Shown here: piece after piece, positions 19,684-33,456 of the stretch
How positions within the stretch are numbered: position 1 is the stretch's first letter
How the letters are laid out: every line of letters starts with the position of its first letter
Source of the DNA: an uncultured Chloroflexia bacterium
GTDB taxonomy: Bacteria > Chloroflexota > Anaerolineae > CG2-30-64-16
Assembly: GCA_963810095.1 (NCBI GenBank)
Contig: CAWEMM010000006.1
Coordinates: 1,600,001 to 1,664,000 of the forward strand
Length of the DNA: 64,000 nt
Reading direction: 5' to 3'
Made by a program: the position numbers and the translations under genes
The notes under the pieces: generated by a model
What the model saw: only the letters and a program-made list of their open reading frames with translations
Databases searched by the model: none
What the model was told of the DNA's origin: nothing

Positions 19684-21290
19684 TCAACTCCGCGACAATT
19701 CGATTGGCGCCTGATCGGGCGGGCGGACAACAGCGTCATCCGACAGCAGACGGCCAGTTCCAGCGCGGCGCGGCGGATGGCTGCCACGTTTGGCAAGAGC
19801 AACTATGATAGCTACGAAGAGTACCGGGTAGAAAAATCCGGGGCTAAGGAATCGATAGGTGATAAGATCCAGTACCGAGCATAGCTCCCACAAGGAATTG
19901 ATATGGGGAGCTCTCCGGATCGGTCTTCTGAAGGATTCTGTCTGCGATCCTGGTGAAGCAGGCCATGACGAACCCAAGAATGACTGCTCCCAACCACCCC
20001 CAGCTCATGTAGTACTGGCCCACAATCCCCGGGAAGACGTTTCCCGACTCCGTGTAAATGTCGACTCCCCACCGAAATAGGGTGTAGAACCACGCCACTT
20101 GCGTAACCGGCTTGTCTGCCCAGATGAAACGCGGAATCGGCGACACCACAAACTGTAGCAAAGCGCTTTCGCGAAAGAACTCGTGATATGACGGGACAAG
20201 CTGCACTGCCAGGAGGGTTTCGGTGAAATAGTCGCTGGTACCTCCAAGAGTTGCGACATCTTCGAGAATCCTGTCACTGGCAAATTCGCGCGTGTAAGTC
20301 GACCGAAACAGGAGTTGGTATTGCAGCAGAACAACCAGGGCGCCCCCCACCAGGAGTATTGCAAGCACAAACGACCTGCGTGAGCGACGATAAAGCCGTA
20401 CGAACAAGGTCAGCAGCGTCGGCAGCAAAACCAGGACGGTGATGGAACGAGTTCCCTGGTCGAAGTAGATCAGCAAGGTCAAGACAAGCGCCAGCCCGCC
20501 GAAGGCGACGCGAGCAAGCACCGGGAAGTTTTCGATCTAGAATCGCAAGCCATGCCAGACAAGCTGCTGCTACAAGCAAGCTGCTTGCCAGGTATAGCAG
20601 CGGGCTTACGCTGTTTCCGAGGTTGTCAGCATAAGTCCACGGCTTATCAGCTGCGCGACTCTCGGCTACAACTGCGACCAACTGGGTGGGCCCTAGCCCG
20701 GAAAGCACGTAGGGCAGCAGTCCAATGAGCGCAGCGATTACGACAAGGATATAAAGTCGTGAGCGCGAAATCTCACTGATTTCGCTGTCTAGCTTGAGAC
20801 TTGCGCTTTCGCGCGCTTGCAGGACCGCAAGGCTGACCGTCCAACTAAATACAAAGAGCGAAAGCAGTGCGACGGACAAGGCTACCGTCTCAGGCGAGAT
20901 AGTCAAAGGTAGGCCATCGCCGAAGCTATTTCCGGAATTAAGTGCGTTGATCAAGGCGGGGAACGCGTACCATCCCACAAAGCCGACCATGAACAGGAGG
21001 CGTGCGAGTTCTCGGCGCTGCAATGACCGGCTTAGCGTACGAAGCAAGCTGAGGCCGCTGCAGACAAACAGGATGACTACCAGGCTGGCAAGCACGCCCC
21101 GATCAGTCCAGCCTGTCACGAGTACGACCAGCGAGGCAAGCAAGGGGACTGCCAGCAGAATGCCTGCTTTGAGCACTTCATCTAGGCGTCCCCTCCGTGT
21201 GCCCAGTTGTGTTGAGGTCCCATTAGTCGCGGGGTGACAGTGCTTCCCCTCATGTGGCTCGTAGCTCTTGCCCTCATCTGCAACTTCCAC
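19684..21290 (-). CDS. wzy: Putative O-antigen/oligosaccharide polymerase Wzy (frameshifted twice)
   Basis: Many TM segments across three ORF pieces (20274-21290, 19844-20521, 19684-19977); GTRS, PIPRFIWADKP, PGIVGQYYMSWG are Wzy-like motifs. Start uncertain. Confidence 0.7.
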
Positions 21291-21396
21291 TAGCAGCCGG
21301 TTGCTTTGGAAGCGATGCCGGCAGGCTGCGAGCGCCGGTTCGGCCCTCGCTCAGCGCCGCACCCGAAGACGGCCGCCGCTGATTGCTCATATCAGT

Positions 21397-22428
21397 TCAC
21401 TCACAGTTCGGTTTCGTGTCCTCACGCCCTGCGATTTCGTCAAGCATTCGAGCGATTTTGGTTGCCATTTCATGGTCGCTGCTTGCCCTGAGACCTGACA
21501 ATGTCTTGAGGGCAGCCGTGTAGCATCCTTCGGCGATATCGAGTCGAGCTAACTCCAATGCAAGCGGTGCAGGGTCCGTTGCGAACCGGCGGCCGTCCTC
21601 AAGGGTCTGTCTTGCAGTTGCCGTATCGCCAAGCTCTAGCTGAGCCTTTGCTGCCCAATAGAAAGCGTCAGACCTGGTGTGATCAAGATCGATAGCGCGA
21701 CGAAGATGAGCGACGGCTGCGCCCGCTTCACCGGTGAGAACCAGCTTCTGCCCAAGTAACGACTCAGATGTCGCACTTTGTTCGATGCTTTCGAAGGCTT
21801 CGCATGGATGCGCGATCACGCTGCTCGTCCCTTCTCTAATGTCTGCCATACATAGATACATGTACATGTGGGCTTTGCGCGCATCCAGCCCGGGATCGAT
21901 GTCTTGCGCAAGCTGGAAGTATCGAATTGCGGTTGCTTCGTCGTGCTCCAGTTCGATGCTGATTCGTCCCTGGTGCACATACCAGATGGCCGTCGCAGGA
22001 TTCATCTTTCGGAGGGTCAGCGCTTGGTGCGCCTCCCCGTTATTCTCAAGTGCTTGGCCAAAAAAAAGGATATCGGCTTCGTCTGGCTGCAGGCCTTCGG
22101 CTAACTGACCCTTGATCCAATTGGCCACCAGGGGTGTGGACTCGCACGAGAGGAACAGGTATCGCGTCAGTCGATACGAGCTGGTCTGCTGCCCGCGATT
22201 TGGCATTGAGGTTGGAGTGAATCCACCGGACGGCGGACAAAGACGCAACCTTGCCTCTGGAGATAGCGAGGGCCATATTCCCCGTATGATTTGTGACGGT
22301 GCGCTGGCTCGCAGCACTTCGAGAGTCCGGAGTGATAATCCTAACGCTTGCCAAGGAATCGCCAATGCAGCGAGGATCACCGCCGCCAGCACTGCAATCA
22401 GCGTCGTGCGCGCCTTGCGGTTGTTCAT
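21397..22428 (-). CDS. Membrane-anchored TPR-repeat protein
   Basis: Start MNNRKAR, N-terminal hydrophobic helix, TPR-like AVAHLRRAIDLDHTRSDAFYWAAKAQLELGD. Confidence 0.65.
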   Translation of the reverse strand: MNNRKARTTLIAVLAAVILAALAIPWQALGLSLRTLEVLRASAPSQIIRGIWPSLSPEARLRLCPPSGGFTPTSMPNRGQQTSSYRLTRYLFLSCESTPLVANWIKGQLAEGLQPDEADILFFGQALENNGEAHQALTLRKMNPATAIWYVHQGRISIELEHDEATAIRYFQLAQDIDPGLDARKAHMYMYLCMADIREGTSSVIAHPCEAFESIEQSATSESLLGQKLVLTGEAGAAVAHLRRAIDLDHTRSDAFYWAAKAQLELGDTATARQTLEDGRRFATDPAPLALELARLDIAEGCYTAALKTLSGLRASSDHEMATKIARMLDEIAGREDTKPNCE

Positions 22429-23604
22429 TCCGCGCCGTCGCCGCTTTCGGTAACGCCGTTCGCGCGAATGATCTGCTCCACAGCGCCACGAAAGCCGGTG
22501 CGGAACGCCTCGGGCGAGTAGCGGGTGCGGACGGCAGCCACGACCTTCTCGGCGCGGACCTTGCAGTCTTCGTTGGTGGTGCAACTGGCTTCGGAGATGG
22601 CGGCTCGCACGGCTTCAACCGTCAGGGCCTCGATGCGGTAGCCCCAATCTTCGAGGTCGATGGTGGCGCCATCCGAAAGGATCGGAATCAAGCCGTGCGC
22701 CATGCACTCGACCGCAGCCCCAGGCGATCCTTCGGCACACGTGGGCGCAATGACCCAGTTGCACTGCCGCACAAGGGCGTGGAACTCCTGGGGAACGCAT
22801 TGGGATGAAGTTGTGCAGGTGGATATTGGGCAACTCGTGAAGCTCGCGGCGGTAGGCCTTGAGGAACGCTCCGTCGATGCGCTGGCAGACGTGCAGATGC
22901 AGGTCCGTCTGTGCGAAGGCCTCAAGCAGCAAATCCAGCCCCTTGTGTACGTTCCCGTGGCCGCTGAAGAACAAGAAGTGGCGGCGGCCTTCTGCGTAAT
23001 CCTTCTCTTGCCAGGGCTGCCCGGCAATGGGAAAAGCCGCGTTGTTAATGCCGAAAACATTGGGGAACTGCGAATAGCTTTTGGTCGCGACCGCATTGCC
23101 CAGCGTGATAATGCCGTCCGCCGCCTGAACCGCGTATTCTTCGCTGTCCATGATGGCCCGGTCCGGCGGCAAAAAGTAGCCCCGGCGCCGCGCCAGTTCA
23201 TAAAACTGTCTGGCTTCCCGGACGTTGAATTCCTTCCAATACAAGCTCGTCGAGTAGTAAATCCGCGTCACGCTATCCGGAAGTTGCCGCGAGACATGCT
23301 CAAAGTTGGTTCCGCCGTGTCCCACGAAAAGGCTGTAGTCGTGGGCCGGTCGCCATGAGGTGTTGTCGAGATTAATGATATCCACCAAAAAGCCGAGCTC
23401 GTTGAGCGCCCGGGCCACTTCTTGCGCCATGCCGCGATTGCTGAACCGGATCCGATCTCTGAAGCGAGGAGGCGGGAGTAACGGCATGACGAGATAGGAT
23501 AGGAGTGCCCGTTGCGGAGAATGCGCCTTCAGATACTCGTCGTACCCGGTAATCGTAACACGTTGAGCCACCGCGCCAAGGGTCCGACGGACGTGACGGT
23601 TCAT
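22425..23604 (-). CDS. Glycosyltransferase, GT-B (frameshift near 22790)
   Basis: FLFFSGHGNVHKGLDLLLEAF, then PTCAEGSPGAAVECMAHGLIPI. Confidence 0.8.
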
Positions 23605-23634
23605 GAAATTGTGTTCCCAATCTGGCAGACCATT

Positions 23635-25006
23635 TCACCCCACCGTCACAGGTACAGCGTCCCGGTGCCACTCGACGCGGCTGCGTTTGTAGATGCGCCA
23701 CGAGACGGGCAACTGGAAGAGGCCAATGATCGCGGTGTAGATCGCCAACATGGCCGTCATTCCGATCACCGGCGTGAGCACCGCAGCGAGCACCAGCGTC
23801 GCGATGCTCCCTACGGCATACACGACAACCAGGGGCTCTCGCTTGTGGGCCCGCAAATAGACGTTGATGCCGATCAGGACTGCATTCAGCACTGCGCTCA
23901 GCAACAGGATGGCGGTCGCCGCGGGCGGCAGCACCCGTGCTGCGAGCGCCGGGTTAACGATGCCGAGCAGCCAGACGAGCGCCAGGAGTGCTGCAGCGCC
24001 GATCGTCGCAAAGACGGTCGACGCAAGGAGGGCCCGTCGGAACTGCCCATCCAAGTCGGCGTAGCGGCGCTGGGCGATCAGAATGCCGAACGATGGCGCC
24101 TTCGTCATGACCCAGTTGGACGCGGCCGCAGTCAGAACATTGGCGAGCGTTACTGTGATGCCCAATTGCCCTGCGGCCACGGGGCTGACCCCGCGGAACA
24201 TGATGGGCACCAACATCTGGGTCGTGAAATTGCCGCTAAACCAGGTGATTGCGATGCGCCATTGCAGGGGCCAGACTTCGGTTTTCCAGGGTATCCTGTC
24301 ACCAACCGGGCCCCGTGTCAGTAAGGAACGCAGGAAATTGCCATAGCGAAACGCGATAAAGAGCACGCTCCATAGCAGCAGCGTCAACTGGGCGAACGCA
24401 ACGGTCCATCAGGCTCCAGCCGAGGAGAATGCCGAGCCAGATCGAGAGGCCATTGACCACCTGTTGGACGAAGCGGTAGAACCAGAAGGGTCCGACCTGG
24501 TTGCACCCCTGCAGGAACGAGAAGAGCGGGATGGTCACGAAATTGGCGGTCGTGACCATGCAGACGACGAGCCAGGGGCCGGCCCACTGCACTTCGGGGG
24601 ACGATGCCGATGCGAAGAAGAAACGCCCGCCCACGACCAGGCACACCATCAGGACCACGCCTGCTCCGAAGTACCAGCGCATCGAGCCGCGCCAGAGGGC
24701 CACGAGCCGCTCGAACGAGCGACGCTCGCCGGCGATGAAGCCGCGCTCGTCCAAGTGCAGGCCGGCCCACTCGTGGCTGGCAAACTGCACGAGCGCCTGG
24801 CCCAGGCCCACTTCGGCGACCAGCCGCAGCGTGAGCAGGCTGCCGAAGGCGTAGTAAAACCCCTGGACTTCCGGCGAGAAGCGGGTGGCAACCAGCCACG
24901 CGGTTACCGGGCCGAGCAGAAGCGAGGCGGCATTGCTGAGCAGCGCCCAGAATACCGCCCGGTCGACCTCGGCCCGCCTCAAAAGACGTGCTATGCTCTG
25001 CTGCAC
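23635..25006 (-). CDS. wzx: Wzx-type flippase / polysaccharide exporter (frameshift near 24400)
   Basis: FSPEVQGFYYAFGSL, EVWPLQWRIAITW, YLRAHKREPL; about 12 TM helices. Confidence 0.8.
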
Positions 25007-25055
25007 TGCGCTCCACGCAACGTCCGCAAGGTTGGCACGCGTAACACTCTGGAAC

Positions 25056-26015
25056 CTACCCCAGTGCCTTCAACACCTGTTTCTCGACCCACGGATACGT
25101 CTCGACGATCCCGTCCCGCAGGGAGTACTGGGCCCGCCAGCCGAGCGAGTAGATCCGCTCGTTCGAGAAGTTGCGGCTCTGCACGCCGACCGGACCGGGG
25201 ACATACTCGACGTTGATCTGCTTCCCCGACACGTCGGCCACGATGTCGATCAACTCCTTGACGCTGTAGTACTCGGGGCTGCCGATGTTGACCGCGCCCT
25301 GCAGGTCCGACTGCATCAGCCGGTAGATGCCGTCGACCATGTCGTTGACATACGTGTACGATCGAATCGCCGTTCCATCACCCCACGCCGTGATCGTGCC
25401 ACCGTCCGGCACTTCCGCGACCTTGCGGCACATGGCCGCCGGCGCCTTCTCGCGGCCGCCCGTCCACGTGCCCTCGGGCCCATAGCAGTTCTGGAACCGG
25501 GCAATCCGCACCTGCATGCCGTAGTGGCGCCCGTAGGCCTGCAACATGCGCTCGGAATAGAGCTTCTCCCACCCGTACTCGTTGTCCGGGTTCGCGGGCA
25601 CAGCCTCGGCTTCCGTCATTTCGGGCTCACCCGGCTGCATGTCGCGGTACACGCACACCGAGGAAGAGTAGAAGTAACGGGGCACGCCCAGCAGGGCCGC
25701 CTGGTGGGTCATGTGCACGTTGATCAGCACGCTGTTGTGCATGATCTCGCACTCGGCCGAGTGGATGAAGCCCATCCCGCCCATGTCCGCGGCCAGCTGG
25801 TACACCTCGTCAAATGTGCCGTCGCCGAGGGTCAGCGCGGCCCGGCAGTTCTCCGGCTCGCGCAGGTCGAGCTGGCAGAACTCGTCGGCCGCCGACGCGG
25901 CGAACTCGTGCTGCTTGATGTCTACCCCGCGCACCCAGTACCCTTCGGCCTTGAGCCGCTTGACAAGATGCCCGCCGATGAACCCACCGGCGCCGCAAAC
26001 CACTGCTGTCTTCAT
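25056..26015 (-). CDS. GDP-mannose 3,5-epimerase-like SDR
   Basis: GAGGFIG, LAADMGGMGFI, YGWEKLYSE, GGREKAPAAMCRKV (GME-type motifs). Confidence 0.85.
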   Translation of the reverse strand: MKTAVVCGAGGFIGGHLVKRLKAEGYWVRGVDIKQHEFAASAADEFCQLDLREPENCRAALTLGDGTFDEVYQLAADMGGMGFIHSAECEIMHNSVLINVHMTHQAALLGVPRYFYSSSVCVYRDMQPGEPEMTEAEAVPANPDNEYGWEKLYSERMLQAYGRHYGMQVRIARFQNCYGPEGTWTGGREKAPAAMCRKVAEVPDGGTITAWGDGTAIRSYTYVNDMVDGIYRLMQSDLQGAVNIGSPEYYSVKELIDIVADVSGKQINVEYVPGPVGVQSRNFSNERIYSLGWRAQYSLRDGIVETYPWVEKQVLKALG

Positions 26016-26082
26016 AAAACGTCCTCCCGCGTGACTTGGAATCGGCCAATTTAGCGCTGTGAAAGCGGCCTTCGCCGCTATC

Positions 26083-29000
26083 TCACATCGCAGAAGAAAC
26101 GATGCCCTCGGCCGGGATCGTGCAGGGCCACAGCCCCACCCGCGTCCCGGGATAGCGCTCCGCGAGCGCCGCGCCCAAGGCTTGCGCGTCGTCCGGGCTG
26201 CGCACGATGACGGAAGCAAATCCGCCGCCCCCCGCACCGGCGAGTTTGCCGCCGCAGATATAGGGGCGCATGGCCGCGAACAGGTCGTCGATGAACGGGT
26301 TGGTGCACCCCGGGTCCATCTGCTTGTTGAGGATCCAGTGCTCGCCGAGCAGCCAACCGAAGCCGTCGAGGTCGCCCCCCAGCAGGCACTCGCGCATCGC
26401 CAGGGCCAGCCGGGCGATCTCGCTCTGAATCCAGACCATCTGCGGCTCGCGCGCCATCCAGCGGCTCATCACGTTGCGCAGCAGGTTCTTCGCCAGCCGC
26501 TGCTGCCCCGTGTAGACCAGGCACAGCCGGCCCGCCAGCTCGGCCTGCGTCTGGCCGCTGGGCGTCACGGCCGCGACCGTGATGTGCTGGGGCAGGCCCG
26601 GCTCCGAAGTTACCAGCTTGATCCCTCCCGTCAGCCCGCCCACCTGGTCTTGCCAGCCGCCGCCCGTGGTCAGCATCTGCTCCAAGCACAGCACTTCGTC
26701 GAAAAGCCGGTCTGCCGGGGGCCGGCCGTCGCCGGTCAATTCGCTCAGCGCCACGAGGACCGCGCCGGCCAGGATCGAACTGGTGCCCAGCCCCGAGCCC
26801 ATGGGGATGCGGGCGCCGGTCGTCAGCCGGACGCCGCCGGCCCCCGCCAGGAGCTCGGAAAGCGGTTGTCCGGGGTCGGCATGGGGCGGGACGATGCCGC
26901 GGAGCACGAGCGCGGCCTTCGGCAGCGCGAACGGGTCTGCGGGATTCGCATAGGCCAGCACCTCGCCCGCCGTGCGCAACTCGACGCTCATGTCGAGGTC
27001 GGCGCTCTGCAGGATCAGCCGGGGCTCGTCGAGACAGCAGGCTGCGGCCGTGATCGGGTGCTCGCCGTGGAGCGTGATGGCCGCATTGAGCACAGTGCCG
27101 CCCCGCTCGATACTGTAAGGCGGGGTGTCGGTCCATCCGCCGCCCAGATCGATGCGGGCGGCTGCGGCGATGCGGTAGGTTTTGCCCCCGGGGCGCACGC
27201 CGGCAGGAGCTTCAGCCCTAGCGGAGCGACGGCCTGGGGCGGGCCGCACAGTCGAAGGCTGCTCGGACGAGCGGCTTCTCGCGGCTCCGGTCGCGGTCGT
27301 CGCCTGCTCGATCAGCTTCGGCGAGCAGCGCGAAGCCCCGGTCTTCCCACCCGCTGTCGCCGGTCGCCTCGGCCAGCCCCCGGTAGATGCGCAGCTTAAC
27401 CACCGCATCGGTCGCGGCCAGCTGTTCGTCGCACAGCGCGGCCCGGCGTACGCGCGCGGCCTGCCAGTGCGCCGAGCTCGCTCTTGGCCGCTGCTGCGGG
27501 CACCTCGCGGGTCAGCGCGCCGATAAACTGCCGGACCGCCACGTGGTCTTCGACCGTGACGAGCCGGCTCAGCAGCCGGTCGCCATCGGCCAGGAGTGCG
27601 CTCTCGGCCAGGGACAGCCGGCGGGCGGCCAGCCAGCGCTCGCGCCAGCCCGCAGGCGCCTCGGCAGGCTGCGCCAACGGCAGGGCCAAGCGCAGGCCCT
27701 CCTCGCGGTCGGGATGCACGGGAAAGAGCCGCGCATTCCACAGGGTGCGCTGGCCGGTCGGCACGCCCTGCCAGAGGTCTTCGGGCATCACGTCGGCCGC
27801 GGTGAGCCACGATGCCCACGGCTGATTGCAGAAGGTCGCCTTGAGCTGGTCGAAGAGCTGTTTCGGGTCGTCGTGCAGGCCGAAGCACCGGGTGATCACT
27901 TCGCCTTCGACCCGCTCTGAACGGATGGGCAGTTGGTCCAGCACCAGGCCACGGCCGAGCGCGAGGGCCTGAGCCGTGTCCACGCCCGAGATCATGCCCG
28001 GGCCGGCCCAACTCAGCGGACCGGTGAGGCGGCTGTCGCTCACGAGCAGCGGCGCGGCGCCTGGGTGGACGTCGCCTTCGACGGCCGCGTTGATGAGGAC
28101 GAGCGGGCTCGCGTCGCCCTGGCCCGTGTCCATGTCGTGGCCGCGCCAGCCTGCCGCCGGCTGCTGCCAGCCGCACAGGCTGGCCAGCGCGGCATCCTCC
28201 GCGGCCATGTGCCAGTACTCGGCCGAGCTGCCAAAGTGCACGAACACGGCGGGCTGGAGCTGCTCGACAGTCAAGGCCGTGCCGCGCAGCCGGTCCCAGA
28301 TAATCTGCCGCGCAGCCTTGACGTCCGCAGTTGCGGGCCCATCGCTCGTATCGTTCAGGTACGCGTCGCGGGTGGTCGACTCGGCGAGGGGGAGCAGGAG
28401 GTCGCCGTACAGGTTGAGCGGAGCGGCGGCGACTGCTGGAACTGCAGCCAGGTGCTCCAACTGCTCGATCATGCTCCCGTCGAGCCAGACCAGCCCGGTG
28501 TCGATCTGCACCTGCTCGTCGCGGATTGCGCCCCAGTGTGCCAGCTCGGCCGGATCAGGCTTGTGCAGGTAGGCCTGCACCCGGTGGCCGTGCCCGCCGG
28601 CCGCCTCTTGCGTGACGAAGACCCCGTGGCGAGGGCCCATCTCTGCCGGCGCCGCCGCGGCTACGCCGGTCGCGCCCTGGCGTCGGAAGGTCAACTGCAG
28701 GTGGTCGAACACCAGCAAAACGTCGCCCGAGGCCACCAGCGCGCCGGGCGGGAGCACGGGCGCCAGGCCGCTCAGAGTGATCAGGAATTCGTCGAAGATA
28801 GTGGACGCGCGGCCGTCGGGCAGCGTGCGCGGGATGCGCGCAAACAGCTTGCCTTGCGCCGAGCAATGGGGGAGGCGCTTCGCGTCGCCGCCCGAATGGA
28901 TAATGAGGGAGCGCCGGGCCCCCGGATACGCGTTCCGTTCGGTGCGCAGCCCGACCGCCCGCAGCGTGGCTCCGCCCGAGCCAATGCGGCGGCCCCCGGG

Positions 29001-29192
29001 GTCGGGCAGCACGATGAACTCAGTCCCGGCGGGCAGCAGGTTGGCCTCGCGGCGCCACGCCAGCTGCATGCGCACCATTTCGGCCTGCCGCTCGTCCGAC
29101 GCAGTCAGCACGCACAAGTCCCACCCGCGCCGCGCGTCGTCGCGCAGAGATGCGACGTAGCGCTGCCAGTTATTGCGATGGGCCTGCTGCAA
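26083..29192 (-). CDS. fkp: Bifunctional L-fucose kinase / fucose-1-phosphate guanylyltransferase (Fkp/FKGP-like), frameshifted around 27300-27450
   Basis: N-half DPGGRRIGSGGATL, IHSGGDAKRLP, FVHFGSS. C-half GHMP kinase RIDLGGGWTDTPPY, PMGSGLGTSS, EQMLTTGGGWQDQVGG, KLAGAGGGGF. Confidence 0.85.
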
Positions 29193-29341
29193 AAACGCCG
29201 CAGAGCCGGCGGGAATCGGGGTTATACTCTCACCTTACTGCAAGCGACGAGAGGACGGCCACGAATTGCGCGAATTAACTGAATTGTTCGATCACCCAAA
29301 ATGATCGTGAAATTCGTATAATTCATCGGCGATCTCGTCTC

Positions 29342-30217
29342 TCACTTCCACTCGGTTTCGGCCAGGTGGATCAGGTATTGGCCGTAGGAGTTGGCCTTCA
29401 TCACCTGGCCGCACTGCATCAGTTCTTCGCAGGTGATATACCCCATGCGGTAGGCGATTTCTTCGGGACAGGAGATCATCATGCCCTGCCGGTCTTGCAC
29501 GGCCTGGACGAAGCCGGCCGCCTGCAGCAGCGACTCATGGGTGCCTGCGTCGAGCCAGGCGACGCCCCGACCCATCGGCTGCACCATCAGCTGGCCTTGC
29601 TGCAGATAGGTGCGGTTCACGTCGGTGATCTCAATCTCGCCCCGGGGTGAGGGCTTCAGGTTCGCGGCAATGTCAGAGACGTGGCTGTCGTAGAAATAGA
29701 GGCCCGGGACGGCGTAGTGCGACTTAGGCTGCTTCGGCTTTTCTTCGATGCTGATCGCGCGGCCCGTCTCGTCGAACTCGACCACCCCGTAGCGCTCCGG
29801 ATCGCGCACCGGGTAGGCGAAGACCAACGCACCTTCGGTGAGCTGGGCCGCGCTGCGGAGCTGCGCCGGCAGGCCGTGGCCGTAGAAGATGTTGTCGCCG
29901 AGAATCAGGCAGGCCGGCTCGCCGCCGACAAAGTCGCGGCCCACGATGAACGCGTCCGCGAGTCCGCGGGGGGTAGCCTGCTCCGCATAGGTGAACGACA
30001 GGCCCCACTGGCGGCCGTCGCCGAGCAGCGCGCGGAACCCCGGCAGCGCCTCTGGCGTGCTGATGACGAGGATCTCACGAATCCCGGCAAGCATCAGCAT
30101 GGAGAGGGGGTAGTAAATCATGGGCTTGTCATACACCGGCAGCATCTGCTTGCTGACCGCAATCGTCAAAGGGTACAGCCGGGTGCCGGCCCCGCCCGCC
30201 AAGATGATGCCTTTCAT
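29342..30217 (-). CDS. rfbA: Glucose-1-phosphate thymidylyltransferase
   Basis: [54 protein letters not shown]. Confidence 0.96.
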   Translation of the reverse strand: MKGIILAGGAGTRLYPLTIAVSKQMLPVYDKPMIYYPLSMLMLAGIREILVISTPEALPGFRALLGDGRQWGLSFTYAEQATPRGLADAFIVGRDFVGGEPACLILGDNIFYGHGLPAQLRSAAQLTEGALVFAYPVRDPERYGVVEFDETGRAISIEEKPKQPKSHYAVPGLYFYDSHVSDIAANLKPSPRGEIEITDVNRTYLQQGQLMVQPMGRGVAWLDAGTHESLLQAAGFVQAVQDRQGMMISCPEEIAYRMGYITCEELMQCGQVMKANSYGQYLIHLAETEWK

Positions 30218-30232
30218 AGCTTCTCCGCTCTT

Positions 30233-30723
30233 TGCCACGAATTACACGAATTGTACGAATTTGTTAAATTAGCGAACAACACGTTCTTGCTCGAGTGATG
30301 ATGAACCGAAATTGAGAAGAATCGCCAGGCGTAGTCCGGTGGCCGCGAGATAGTTACGCGCTTGAGCGGCGTGTTTCGGGTTGAGTCTCTCCACTGCCTT
30401 GAGTTCAAGGATCATCTTCCCGTCGACCACCACATCGGCCACGAAGTCCCCGACCGCGACTCCTTTGTACTGCACCGGCAGCCTCTTGTATTCCTCGAAC
30501 GCAATCGCTCGGCACGTCAACTCGTGAGCAAGCGCTGCCTGGTAGACGGACTCGAGAAAACCAGCTCCGAGATGTCTGTGAACTTCCATCGCCGCGCCCA
30601 CCACCGCATAGGACAATTCACTGTGAATGATGTCTCCCACGATACTCTCCGTCGAGCACGAATGCCACGAAGCACTCCTCTACTTGACTCGTGCAATTCG
30701 TGACATTCGTGTAATTCGTGGCA
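30233..30723. repeat. 19-bp inverted repeats built of CACGAAT-type units bracketing the GxxExxY gene
   Basis: tgccacgaattacacgaat (30233-30251) and its exact reverse complement attcgtgtaattcgtggca (30705-30723). Confidence 0.85.
30269..30640 (-). CDS. GxxExxY protein (PD-(D/E)XK nuclease-like)
   Basis: EVHRHLGAGFLESVYQAAL, ADVVVDGKMILELKAV, NYLAATG..LLNFG. Confidence 0.93.
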   Translation of the reverse strand: MGDIIHSELSYAVVGAAMEVHRHLGAGFLESVYQAALAHELTCRAIAFEEYKRLPVQYKGVAVGDFVADVVVDGKMILELKAVERLNPKHAAQARNYLAATGLRLAILLNFGSSSLEQERVVR

Positions 30724-30733
30724 TCCTTCTCGT

Positions 30734-33340
<2,607 letters not shown>

Positions 33341-33456
33341 CTATGCGGCTAGGACAGCGGCTTCCGTAGACGCGGCCCCTGGCGCGGCCGCGCCAGGCAT
33401 CGGTGCTGCCCGGCGGATGGGATAGGTTAGCGCAAGGATCGCATAACCGCTAGCGG

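Noticed and set aside
29258-30723. CACGAAT repeats as a CRISPR array
   Set aside because: Units are ~9 nt, tandem and inverted, with no spacers and no cas genes.
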